64,000 nucleotides of DNA, from assembly GCA_963834305.1 (NCBI GenBank), contig CAWIAX010000003.1, positions 53-64,052 of the forward strand. The letters are read 5' to 3'. The translations under genes were made by a program, and so were the position numbers. The notes under the pieces were generated by a model. It worked only from the letters and a program-made list of their open reading frames with translations, searched no databases and was not told where the DNA came from. Source of the DNA: an uncultured Acidobacteriota bacterium. Lineage in GTDB: Bacteria > Acidobacteriota > Vicinamibacteria > Vicinamibacterales > 2-12-FULL-66-21. Positions 22,870 through 32,571 of the stretch are shown here, in pieces. The stretch's first letter is position 1, and each line of letters starts with the position of its first letter.

Positions 22870-23852
22870 TGCACGTGGTCATCACCGGCGGGGCCGGGTT
22901 CCTGGGACGCCGGCTCGCCGGCGCCCTGCTGCAGCGCGGCACCCTGCTGCGGGCCGACGGCCCCGCCGCCATCGATCGCATCACCCTGGTGGACGCGGCC
23001 GCCGGCGCGCCGCTCGACGATCCGCGCGTCGAGCAGGTGACCGGCGACATCGGCGACCCGGCGCTCCTGGAACAGGCGATCGGCCGCGACACCGCCTCGA
23101 TTTTCCACCTCGCGGCCATCGTCAGCGGCATGGCCGAGGCGGACTTCGACCTCGGGATGCGCGTGAACCTCGACGCCACGCGGGCGCTGCTCGAGGTGTG
23201 CCGGGCGCGGGGGCACTGCCCGCGATTCGTGTTCACGAGCTCGGTCGCGGTCTACGGCGGCACGCTGCCCGACCCGGTGCCGGAGCCGTACGCGCTCAAC
23301 CCGCAGACGTCGTATGGCACCCAGAAGGCGATTGCCGAGCTGCTGATCAACGACTATTCACGGCGCGGGTTCGTCGATGGCCGCTCCCTGCGCCTGCCGA
23401 CGATCAGCGTGCGGCCCGGCAAGCCGAACGCCGCCGCCTCGTCGTTCGCGAGCGGGATCATCCGCGAGCCGCTGGCCGGCACGGACGCCGTGTGCCCGGT
23501 GGGTCCGGAGACCCGGCTGTGGCTGCTGTCGCCGCGCACGGTGACCGCCTGCCTGGTCGCGGCCCACGAGCTGGCGCCCGGCGCCCTGGGAACGGATCGG
23601 GCGCTGAACCTCCCGGGCCTGTCGGTCACCGTCGGCGAGATGGCCGCCGCCCTCGCGCGCGTTGCCGGTCCGGCGGTTGCGGAACGGATCCGGTGGGAGC
23701 GGGACCCGAAGCTGGAGAAGATGGTGCTCGGATGGCCCGGCGCGCTGGACGCCCGCCGCGCCGAGGCGCTGGCCTTTCCCGTGGACACCAGCTTCGACGA
23801 CATGATCCGGCAATACATGGAGGAGCACCTGTCCGCAACCGGACGGGGGTGA
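22869..23852 (+). CDS. denD: D-erythronate dehydrogenase-like extended SDR
   Basis: TGGAGFLG, AEADFDLGMRVN, YGTQK, RLPTISVRPGKPNAAASSFASGIIREPL; TGATG coupling to the upstream gene. Confidence 0.8.
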
Positions 23853-23969
23853 CGGCCGATCCTCCATCGTTGTCGCGAGTCCGTTCGGTCCGACATTCGT
23901 GTATCTGCAATTTTCCCCTGCCGGCAGCGAAAGAGCCCGTCAACAAGGCCTGATCCCGGGCTGCGCAAC

Positions 23970-23985
23970 TGGTCTGTTCCTTGCT
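23970..23985 (+). promoter_or_regulatory. Putative sigma54 promoter for the DUF2934 gene
   Basis: TGGTCTGTTCCTTGCT (GG-N10-GC); TGTCG/CGACA half-sites about 75-100 bp upstream (23871-23895). Confidence 0.5.
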
Positions 23986-24049
23986 AATTCATCCGCATGT
24001 GGCGGCGGTCCTCGAGGACGGCAGCCATTCACCACACATACGCAAGACG

Positions 24050-24301
24050 ATGGCGAATACGAAGACGACAAAGACGATGACGATGACAGCACGAGCGAAG
24101 ACAGCGCGAAGCGAGCCGGAGGCGGGAACGGCGGCGTCCCTCGACGCCATCGCGGACCGGGCGTTCCACTACTATGCGGCGCGCGGCGGCGAGCACGGCC
24201 ACGACCTCGAGGACTGGCTGCGCGCCGAGCGTGAGCTGACCACCGCGGCGGCGCCGGCCAGGAAGCGCGCGACGACCCGCAAGGCCACGTCCAAGGACTG
24301 A
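24050..24301 (+). CDS. DUF2934 domain protein
   Basis: IADRAFHYYAARGGEHGHDLEDWLRAEREL signature. Confidence 0.85.
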   Translation: MANTKTTKTMTMTARAKTARSEPEAGTAASLDAIADRAFHYYAARGGEHGHDLEDWLRAERELTTAAAPARKRATTRKATSKD

Positions 24302-24316
24302 ACCCACAGCGTTCGA

Positions 24317-24362
24317 GCGACAGCGGTGTCGCCTCAGGCTACACAAGCGACAGAAGTGTCGC
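24317..24362. promoter_or_regulatory. Tandem palindromes GCGACA-N4-TGTCGC (candidate enhancer sites for a sigma54 activator)
   Basis: Two copies, 24317-24332 and 24347-24362, 30 bp apart and 50-100 bp upstream of a sigma54-type promoter. Confidence 0.6.
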
Positions 24363-24414
24363 GCATGGTGACGTGTCTCTGCCCGCCGTGTCCCCCGGCG
24401 CCGTACCGGGACGC

Positions 24415-24430
24415 TGGCATCCTGATTGCT
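24415..24430 (+). promoter_or_regulatory. Sigma54 (-24/-12) promoter
   Basis: TGGCATCCTGATTGCT, near-consensus TGGCAC-N5-TTGCW. Confidence 0.7.
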
Positions 24431-24522
24431 CCGTGAACGGCGTGCCGCGGGTGGCGGCCACGCGCTGGCCACCGCGACTGGCTATCCAGCAACGCTCACT
24501 CGAATTTGAACGGGACTCTCTT

Positions 24523-24909
24523 ATGAAGTTCGAAGGTCAACTCCTCCCGGAACAGCAGCACGTCCCCGAGGTCAGCGCGGAAGGCGGCCTCGATGCGTCG
24601 ACGCATGTCGTTTCTACACACGACCACGAGGTTATCCGTCAGTGGGCCGTCAAGCGGCACGCGGAGCCGGCGACCGGCGAGGCCACCGTCAGCGGTCCGG
24701 CCAAGGTCAACGTCAACGACGGCGGCGCCGGCATCCGCTTCAATTTTCCGGGCACCGGACTCTTCCGTCCCATCGAGTGGGACGAGTGGTTCGCCAACTT
24801 CGACCGCAACGGCTGCGTCTTCGTCTTCGAGCGCGACGAGCCCGGCAGCCCGCTCAGCCACCGCTACCGGATCGTCCGGACGGAGGAGTGGAAGGGGCAG
24901 CTGAAGTAG
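24523..24909 (+). CDS. Conserved hypothetical protein (THDHEVIRQWA...IEWDEWF family)
   Basis: Recognisable conserved pattern STHDHEVIRQWA / IRFNFPG / IEWDEWFANFD; lies downstream of the sigma54 promoter. Confidence 0.7.
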   Translation: MKFEGQLLPEQQHVPEVSAEGGLDASTHVVSTHDHEVIRQWAVKRHAEPATGEATVSGPAKVNVNDGGAGIRFNFPGTGLFRPIEWDEWFANFDRNGCVFVFERDEPGSPLSHRYRIVRTEEWKGQLK

Positions 24910-24984
24910 GTCCACGCGACGGTCGGTTGTATTCTTGACCTGCTGCGGGTGCCCCCTGACGGGGATCCGCGAGGAGGTCCGAGA

Positions 24985-25938
24985 ATGCGTCTGCACAAGT
25001 TCATCGTGGGAATGGCCGCGGCCGGGATGATGGCGACGGCGGCCACGCCCGCGCGCGCCCAGAGCAATCCGTTCGTTGGCGCCTGGAACATCACCGGCGA
25101 ACCGCCCAACCAGGGCAACGTCTACTGGCTCGAGGTCAAGGACGAGGGGGGCACGCCGTCGGCCACGTTCCTCAACCGCGGCGGCAGCCCGGTGCCGGTG
25201 TCGGGGGTCAAGATCGCCAACGGCGAGCTCACCTTCATGCTGCCGGGCCGCGGTGAGCCGCGGCCGACCGCCACCTTCCGCGTCTCCGGCGGCAAGCTGA
25301 CCGGCACCGTCGGCAACCCGGGCGTCGCCGTCGTCGGCGTGCGGCCGCCCGAGTGGGGCGCGTGCGACGCCAACGCGACGCACACCTTCGGCAAGCCGGT
25401 CGTGCTGTTCGACGGCACGTCGCTGGATGCGTGGGGCGTCCAGCACCAGTCGCGGCCGATGGCGTGGAGCGTCGCCGACGGCGCCATGACCAACCAGCCC
25501 AAGGCCAACAACCTCGTGTCGAAGGAAAAGTTCAAGGACTTCCGCCTCGACGCGGAGTACAAGCTCTCGCCCAAGGGGAACAGCGGCATCTACCTGCGCG
25601 GCCGCTACGAGATGCAGGTCGTCGAAGATGCCGGCACGGCGCCCGAGAGCCACGGCCACATGTCGGTCTACGCGCGCAAGGCGCCCGCGGTGAACGCCAG
25701 CAAGCCGGCCGGCGAGTGGCAGACGGTGCAGATCACCCTGGTCGGCAACTGCGTGACCACCGTGCTCAACGGCCAGAAGGTCCAGGACAACACCCGCATT
25801 CCCGGGATCACGGGCGGCGCGCTCGACGCCAATGAGACCGAGCCGGGACCGATCATGATCCAGGGGGACCACGAAGTCGTGTGGTTCCGCAAGGTCGTGG
25901 TCACGCCGATCACCAGCGGCGGCGCGTCCGGAAAGTAA
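24985..25938 (+). CDS. Exported DUF1080 (3-keto-disaccharide hydrolase-like) protein
   Basis: Signal peptide, LFDGTSL, GNSGIYLRGRYEMQV, GPIMIQGDH, VWFRKV; GAGGAGG SD. Confidence 0.9.
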   Translation: MRLHKFIVGMAAAGMMATAATPARAQSNPFVGAWNITGEPPNQGNVYWLEVKDEGGTPSATFLNRGGSPVPVSGVKIANGELTFMLPGRGEPRPTATFRVSGGKLTGTVGNPGVAVVGVRPPEWGACDANATHTFGKPVVLFDGTSLDAWGVQHQSRPMAWSVADGAMTNQPKANNLVSKEKFKDFRLDAEYKLSPKGNSGIYLRGRYEMQVVEDAGTAPESHGHMSVYARKAPAVNASKPAGEWQTVQITLVGNCVTTVLNGQKVQDNTRIPGITGGALDANETEPGPIMIQGDHEVVWFRKVVVTPITSGGASGK

Positions 25939-25981
25939 TCCGCCAGGCGGGCCGGGCCTGCGGGCCCGGCCGCGGCCCGAT

Positions 25982-26956
25982 CTACTTCCGCGCGGCCGAC
26001 ACGCTCAGGCGATAGTCGCTGAGCGCCTTGTAGATCTCCTTGCGCGCGCGGTTCATGCTGCCGAGCGGCCGGTGGTCGGCCAGCGTGTGCCACGGGTTGA
26101 ACGCCGTGGTCTCGCAGCCCGCCGCGGTCCCCTCCTGCACGGCCTGCCGGGGAATCCGGATGCGCGCCACCGGATGGTACGGCGACTCCTCCTCCTTCCA
26201 CTCCACCGTCGCGTCCTCGATTGGCGTCCGGCTGTCGTCGACGTGGAACTGAATCAGGAAGTCGAAGAGGGCCTCCCCCTGCTCGAGGCGCGCCTTCAGC
26301 GCGTCGGAGAGGTAGGTATCGGTCAGGCGCTCCGGCATCGGGCTGGTCGCCTCCGAGCACGGCCTCGCGATGTACTTGACCGCGCGTCCCCGTCCGAACG
26401 TGTAGGGCGTGGTGCTCCAGTAGGGGATATCGAGATGGCACGACGGCTGCCCCCGCGACGCGAAGGCAATCCGCGCCGCCCCGGGGTGCGTCGCGAAGTA
26501 GAGGATCCGCTTCAGGCCGCCGGCTTCGTTGGCCCGCAGCAGCGCCAGGAACTCGCGGGCGTCCGGCGCCACCATCACCGGATGGCTGTTGAGGACGAAG
26601 TCCTGCCGCGTCGAGCCGGGCGTCAGGTTCGGGCCAAAGGCGTCGGCCAGCGTGATGGCCATGCCCCGCGTGTCCTTGTCGCGATCGGTGGCCGACGTGG
26701 CGCTGGCAAAGCGGATGAACGCGCGGTAGGTCCGGCGCTCCGCGAACAGGCCGACCCGATGTTCGGCCGGCAGGCCGTCGCGCACCGTGAACTCCGCCTC
26801 GACGCAGCCCGCGGCGCGTCCCTGGTTGAAACGGCGAACGGGGCCCTTCGGGTGACGCCTGGCGCTCGCCTCCTTCAGGAAGGCGATGAACTCGGCCGTC
26901 AGTGCTGCTTCGTCCGGGGAAACCGTCTCTTCGACGAACCCGATGCCGCTGGTCAT
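25982..26956 (-). CDS. Small catalase-related heme protein (catalase-like/allene oxide synthase-type fold) with atypical distal residues
   Basis: GCVEAEFTV, RGMAI, QDFVL, YWSTTPY, PIEDATVEW, FNPWH, HRPLGSMNRARKEIY; GAGGAGG SD before ATG 26956. Confidence 0.82.
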   Translation of the reverse strand: MTSGIGFVEETVSPDEAALTAEFIAFLKEASARRHPKGPVRRFNQGRAAGCVEAEFTVRDGLPAEHRVGLFAERRTYRAFIRFASATSATDRDKDTRGMAITLADAFGPNLTPGSTRQDFVLNSHPVMVAPDAREFLALLRANEAGGLKRILYFATHPGAARIAFASRGQPSCHLDIPYWSTTPYTFGRGRAVKYIARPCSEATSPMPERLTDTYLSDALKARLEQGEALFDFLIQFHVDDSRTPIEDATVEWKEEESPYHPVARIRIPRQAVQEGTAAGCETTAFNPWHTLADHRPLGSMNRARKEIYKALSDYRLSVSAARK

Positions 26957-27012
26957 ACGCGCCTCCTCAAGAACCGAGGGCCGAACGGTGCATGGGGACG
27001 AGGGTACTCGAT

Positions 27013-28818
27013 TCACGGCATCGGGATCACGCGCACGTACCAGAGCCGGACCCCGACCCGCGCGCCGGGGTCGAGCCACGCCAGGCGCGGCCCCACCGCC
27101 CCCGCCGGCACGAGGGTGGCCGGAGCCAGCGTCAGCTCGTTGCCCCCCGCGCGCACGAACTCCTCCCGGATGGGGATGCGGTACGAACCCATCCGCGCGG
27201 GATCCCACAGCAGCCGCAGGGCCGCCACGAAGTGCCCGTTGAACAGCACGTCGACGCGGTCCTGCCTCTCGGGAATCACCGGGTCCACGCGCAGCACCAG
27301 GTCGTAGGCGCGCCGGCCGGGCAGCGGTATCCGCACCGTCGAGCGGGCCCCCTCGGAAATGCGCACGGTCACGCCGTCCACGTGAGGGTCCGACCAGCCC
27401 TGCCGGAAGAACACCAGGTCGCGCGCGCCGGTCTCCACGCTGGTGGAGTCCCCCGCGGCGATCGCTTCGCGCACCACCAGCCAGGGCAACCCGAGGTACG
27501 CCGCGACTCCCAGCGCGGCGGCCACGGCAACCGCCGCGGCCCGGAGCGTCAGCGGCAGCGGCCTGATCCCCTCCGGCCAGGCGCCGGTCGCCAGCCGCGC
27601 CCGCAGCACGGACGCCGCCGCCACCACGGCGTAGCAGGCCGCCACCAGGTAGAACGGGTAGGCGTGCATGGTGAACCGCCACTCCCCGCCGCCGCCCAGG
27701 TTCCAGGTGAAGATGTAGGGCAGCAGTGAACCGGCCAGGAGGACGAGCAGCAGCCGGCCCCGCGCGCTGAACGGCCACACCGCGAGGCCGACCAGGCTGA
27801 GCAGACGAAGGCCCTCGCCGATGCCGTGCAGCCACGGGGTGAAGCCGTGAAACTTGGTGGCGAACGGCCGCACCAGCAGCCCGTTCATCCCGATGTCGAG
27901 CGTGGCGATCGGCCGGTCCGACAGTTTCGTGCGCAGGTATTCGGCCGCGCTCATCGGCGCGTCGATCGGGCGCCCCTCCGCGAACCGGTAATAGCTGGTG
28001 TGGTAGTTGATGGCATAGAACGGATCGCCGGTGACGATCGCGCAGCTGATCAGGTAGGGGCCAAGGACCAGCGTCAGCGCGGCGAGCGCCACGGCGGCGT
28101 ATTTGAGCCGGGCGCGCCTGGCAGCCGCGTCGCCGTCGATCACGAACCAGCACAAGGCCGGCAGCGCGAAGGTCAGCGCCGTGACCCGCGTCAGGGCCGA
28201 CACGCCGCAGAGGACCCCGGCAAGCACGGCGGTCGAGACCGATGGCTGCCGCCACAGCCTGAGCAGGGCCCAGGCGGCAAACACCACGGTCGCGGTAAAC
28301 GTGTCGTCGCGCCAGCCATCCGGCGCCCAGGTGATGGCGTCGTACTCGACGGCCATCAGCAGCGCCGCCATGAGACCGGTGACGGGCGACAGCAGCGTGG
28401 CGCCGAGCAGGTAGGTCGCGAAAACCGCGAGCGTCGAGCCGACCGCCGACGCCAGCCCGACGGCGGCGTCCTGGCCATCGAGCGCCCAGAGCCCGGCGCG
28501 GGTCAGCGCGAGGAACACCGGCTCGCGGACGTGCGCCTGGTAGAACCAGGTCATCTCGCGGGCGAATGTCAGGTAGTTGATGGGATCGCCGCCAACGTAG
28601 GGCCGCGGTTCGCGGCCCCAGTGCACCTCGGGCCGCAGGTGCTGCGCCAGCGGCGCGACCTCCGACGTGACGAATCGCGCCCAGGCCGGCGCGCCGAGCT
28701 CGCCGTATTTCCCCGTGAAGGCGTCGAGACGCAGCAGGCCGCCGTAGAGCATGATGATCGCCGCCAGCACGTGCGCCGCCGCCGGACGCGGCCGCACGAC
28801 CGCCCGCCGGCCGATCAC
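27013..28818 (-). CDS. GT-C membrane glycosyltransferase (PMT_2/ArnT-like, GT39/83-type)
   Basis: Multiple TM helices, GGDPINY first-loop motif, REPVF, SALTR, C-terminal periplasmic beta domain. Confidence 0.75.
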   Translation of the reverse strand: MIGRRAVVRPRPAAAHVLAAIIMLYGGLLRLDAFTGKYGELGAPAWARFVTSEVAPLAQHLRPEVHWGREPRPYVGGDPINYLTFAREMTWFYQAHVREPVFLALTRAGLWALDGQDAAVGLASAVGSTLAVFATYLLGATLLSPVTGLMAALLMAVEYDAITWAPDGWRDDTFTATVVFAAWALLRLWRQPSVSTAVLAGVLCGVSALTRVTALTFALPALCWFVIDGDAAARRARLKYAAVALAALTLVLGPYLISCAIVTGDPFYAINYHTSYYRFAEGRPIDAPMSAAEYLRTKLSDRPIATLDIGMNGLLVRPFATKFHGFTPWLHGIGEGLRLLSLVGLAVWPFSARGRLLLVLLAGSLLPYIFTWNLGGGGEWRFTMHAYPFYLVAACYAVVAAASVLRARLATGAWPEGIRPLPLTLRAAAVAVAAALGVAAYLGLPWLVVREAIAAGDSTSVETGARDLVFFRQGWSDPHVDGVTVRISEGARSTVRIPLPGRRAYDLVLRVDPVIPERQDRVDVLFNGHFVAALRLLWDPARMGSYRIPIREEFVRAGGNELTLAPATLVPAGAVGPRLAWLDPGARVGVRLWYVRVIPMP

Positions 28819-28935
28819 CTGGCGCTACTCCGCATGCATCCTCATGTGGTCACATTGTCGGCCATCTGGAGGCAGCCACGGTGGGAGAGGCGCGCCGACG
28901 GATGGAACGGCTGAGATCCAGGCGCGCGGGCGGCA

Positions 28936-28944
28936 TGGTAATCT
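28936..28944 (+). promoter_or_regulatory. Extended -10 promoter for an intergenic RNA
   Basis: TG-g-TAATCT pointing into a structured region that ends in an intrinsic terminator. Confidence 0.5.
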
Positions 28945-28950
28945 TGGAAC

Positions 28951-29133
28951 AACCGCCGTCGGCACTTGGAGCGGCGCCAAAAAAAGGCTGATGCGACCAC
29001 GTCCCGCTCGAACGGGGCACCCCATACGGTCGCGGCCGGGAGGTGCATGCATGCAAAACACCACCGGGAGTCGTCGCTAGGACGCTCCCTGCAAGTCGGA
29101 AAGCGGCCGGCGGACACGCCGGCCGTTTTTCTT
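28951..29133 (+). ncRNA. Candidate structured small RNA (possibly 6S-like)
   Basis: Promoter and terminator flank about 180 nt with nested helices 28964-68/29092-96, 28970-76/29072-78, 28993-98/29028-33 and 29001-06/29013-18, an A7 single strand and a small 3' bubble hairpin. Confidence 0.5.
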
Positions 29134-29134
29134 T
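29101..29134 (+). terminator. Rho-independent terminator
   Basis: GCGGCCGGCG-gaca-CGCCGGCCGT stem followed by TTTTCTTT. Confidence 0.8.
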
Positions 29135-29276
29135 GTGCGGACCTCCTGCCCGCCAGCCTCTTCCCCGCCGGTCCGCCCGTCCCCCACCCTTCCCGGTCGT
29201 GTCCCCGTCTTCCAGGCGTCGCACCGCGTTCACCGCGCTGGCGTATACTTGCCCCGCTCAAACCTGAGGAGATCCC

Positions 29277-32200
29277 ATGATTCCGCGATTTCGTCCGTTC
29301 CGCGCGTACCGGGCCGCCGTGGCCGTGCTGGCCGCGCTCCTGCTACTGCCGGCGTCCGTTTCCGCCCAGTTCGACGCGGCAACCGTGCTCGGGTCCGTCC
29401 GCGACTCGTCCGGCGGCGTCGTCCCTGGCGCGACCGTGACGCTGAAGAACGTCGCCACCGGCATCACCGCCACCACGGTGAGCGACTCGAACGGCGACTA
29501 CCAGTTCCTCAACGTGCGCATCGGCACCTATACCGTGCGCGGCGAGCTGCAGGGCTTCTCGGTCGCCGAAGCGGAGAACGTGCAGGTCACCGTGAACGCC
29601 CGGCAGCGGGTCGACCTCGCGCTCAAGGTCGGCAACATCGGCGAGACTGTGGTCGTGACCGGGGCCGCCACGCTGCTCGAGAGCGGACTCGAGCGACCGC
29701 GGCCAGGTCATCGGCAAGGAGCAGATCGTCAACCTGCCGCTGAACGGCCGGGCCTACGCCGACCTCGCCCTGCTCAGCCCCGGCGTGCGCCGCTCGGCGA
29801 TCTCCGAGTCGCGGGATGCCTCGTTCAACGTCAACGGCCTGCGCAGCGCGCTCAACAGCTTCATCCTCGACGGCGTCGACAACAACTCCTACGGCACGAG
29901 CAACCAGGGCTTCTCCAACCAGGTCGTGCAGGTGTCGCCCGACGCGGTGGAAGAATTCAAGGTCCAGACCAACAACTTCAGCGCCGAGTTCGGCCGCACC
30001 GGCGGCGCCGTCGTCAACGCCTCGATGCGCAGCGGGACCAACCAGTTCCGCGGCACGCTGTGGGAGTTCAACCGCAACGACGCGCTGAACGCGGTCGGCT
30101 TCTTCAAGCCGAGCAGCGGCGTCAAGCCGAAGCTCAATCGCAACCAGTTCGGCTTCGTCTTCGGCGGTCCCGTGGTGCGCAACCGCACCTTCTTCTTCGC
30201 CGACTACGAGGGCTTCCGCCAGGTCTCGAAGGTGACGACGTTCGCCAGCATCCCGACGCTGGAGCAGCGCCAGGGGGTGCTCGGCCGGCCGATCCAGAAC
30301 CCGCTGACCGGCGAGGTGTATGCCAACGGCGTCATCCCGGCGGCCGCCATCACCCCCTTCGCCAGGCAGGTGCTGGCCGGCCTGCCGGAGCCGACCCGCG
30401 CCGGGGTCGTCGAACAACTTCGACTCGCTGCCGCGCCGCGAGGACTTCAACGACAAGTTCGACATCAAGCTGGATCATCAGTTCAACACCCGGATGAACG
30501 CGTTCGGGCGCTTCAGCCACCGCAAGCTCGAACAACTTCGAGCCGCCGCCCATCCCGGGCGAGACCGGCAGCCCGAGCAACGCCTTCGTCCACGTGCTCA
30601 ACCAGCAGTTCGCCGGCGGGTTCACGTTCACCCTCACTCCGACGTCGCTGCTCGAAGTCCGCCTCGGCGTGTCGCGCACCGAAGCCGGCAAGGAGCCTCC
30701 CGGCGTCGGCGGACCGACGATGCTGGACCTGTACGGCATCACCGGGCTGCCGACCGATCCGCGGTTCGCCGGCGGGCTGACCGAGCAGGGCGTGACCGGC
30801 TGGACCACCTGGGGACGCCAGAACAGCAACCCGCAGTTCCAGGATCCGTCCGTCCTCAATCCCGCGCGTCAACTACTCGTGGATCCGCGGCCGCCAGAGC
30901 TTCAAGACCGGCTACGAGTACCAGGCGATCGACACGAAGATCGACGACTTCAACCCGAAGTACGGCCGCGACTCCTACGGCGGGCAGTTCAGCCGCCCCG
31001 CCGGCGCCGCCGCGGATCCGGCGACCTACAACCTGGCCGACTTCATGTTCGGCGCGCGCAACGCCTACGCGCTGATCAACCCGTTCATCGCCAACCTGCG
31101 CCAGCGCATGCACTTCGCCTACATGCAGGACGACGTCAAGGCGCTCGAGAACCTGACGCTGAACCTCGGGCTGCGCTACGAGGTCGCGACGCCGCAGTGG
31201 GAGGCGGACAACTTCCTCACCAACTTCGACCCGGACACCAACACGCTGCTGCAGGCGAAGGACGGCTCGATCTACGACCGGGCGCTGGTCAACCCGACCG
31301 CAACAACTTCGCGCCGCGGCTCGGGCCTTGCCTACTCGATCGACAGCAAGACCATCCTGCGCAGCGGCTACGGCATGAGCTACATCCACTTCAACCGGCT
31401 CGGCGGCGAGAACCTGCTGTCGTTCAACGGCCCCCACGTCGTCGGGCTCAGCATCACGCAGCAGCCCTCGCAGGGGCTGTGCGGCGCGAACACGCCGCCG
31501 ACGACCTGCTTCCGGACGACGCAGCAGGGGTATCCGGAAGGGCTGAACGTGCCGGCGAACTTCAGCACGCTGAATGCGCGCGTCAACTACATCCCCAAGG
31601 ACAACACGATCGGGCAACGTGCAGAGCTGGCACGTGTCGGTCCAGCGCGAGCTGTTCCGCAACCTGCTGGTCGATGTCGGGTATGTCGGCAACAAGAGCC
31701 GCGACATCATGATCCTCGGCGACTACAACCAGGCGCGGCCGAACGGACCGAACGAGAACGCCACCCTGCAGTCGCGGCGCCCAATCCAGGGCTTCCAGGA
31801 GATCCAGATCGCCTACGACGGCGGCAAGGGGGACTATCACGCGCTGCAGGTGAAGGTGGAGCGCCGCTACTCGCGCGGCCTGTATCTGCTGAACTCGTTC
31901 ACCTGGTCACGGGCGCGCGACAACGCCTCGGGCCACCTCGAGACGCAGAACGGCGACAACAGCCGCGTAAACTACCGCAACGTCGACGGCCGACTTCGGC
32001 ACCTCCGGCTACGATCAGCCGTTCAACAACACCACGAGCTTCGTCTACGAGCTGCCGGTCGGCCGGGACCGCCGCTTCGGCGCCAGCATGCCGGCCGTCC
32101 TCGAGGGCATCCTGGGCGGGTGGCGCGTGGTCGGGATCAACACGATGACGAGCGGCGTGCCGGTGAACCTGTCCTATTCGCCGGCGTCCACGTTCTCGGT

Positions 32201-32571
32201 GAGCGGCAGCCCGACCTACCGGCCGAACCTGAACGGCGACCCGCTGACGCCCGCGCGATCAGCGGACGATCTTCAACTACCTGAACCCGGCCACCGTCGT
32301 GATCCCGACCGATCGGACGCAGCCGTTCGGCGATGCGCCGCGCAACGCCGCACGCGCGCCGGCCTTCTACCAGTTCGACCTCGGCCTCCACAAGTCGTTC
32401 GCGCTCGGCAGCCAGGAGCGCCGGATCGAGGCGCGGGTCGAGGCGTTCAACCTGTTCAACAAGACGAACTTCGGGTCACCCAACGGCAACCGCTCGTCGA
32501 GCACGTTCGGGCAGATCAGCTCGACGTATGCGGCGCGCCAGATTCAGCTGGGCGTGAAGCTTTATTTCTAA
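29277..32571 (+). CDS. TonB-dependent receptor (Oar-like), broken by about 9 single-base indels
   Basis: Fragments join into a full receptor: [63 protein letters not shown]. Indels near 29683, 30399, 30530, 30863, 31296, 31323, 31609, 31989, 32255. Confidence 0.88.

Noticed and set aside
24317-24362. Possible mini-CRISPR or REP-type repeat
   Set aside because: Only two 16-bp palindromes with a 14-nt gap and no cas genes; better explained as regulator binding sites
25982-28255. 757-aa ORF with a long N-terminal extension on the catalase-like protein
   Set aside because: The extension is an alternative frame of the GT-C gene; a strong SD supports ATG 26956
29051-29080. Micro-ORF MQNTTGSRR behind a GGGAGGT SD-like sequence inside the candidate sRNA
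   Set aside because: Nine codons with no supporting evidence, and the same bases take part in predicted helices; not excluded without Ribo-seq
29277-32571. Calling TBDR 3 and the other frameshifted genes pseudogenes or programmed frameshifts
   Set aside because: No in-frame stops or motif decay, no slippery heptamers, and a strong +1 bias; sequencing error is more parsimonious
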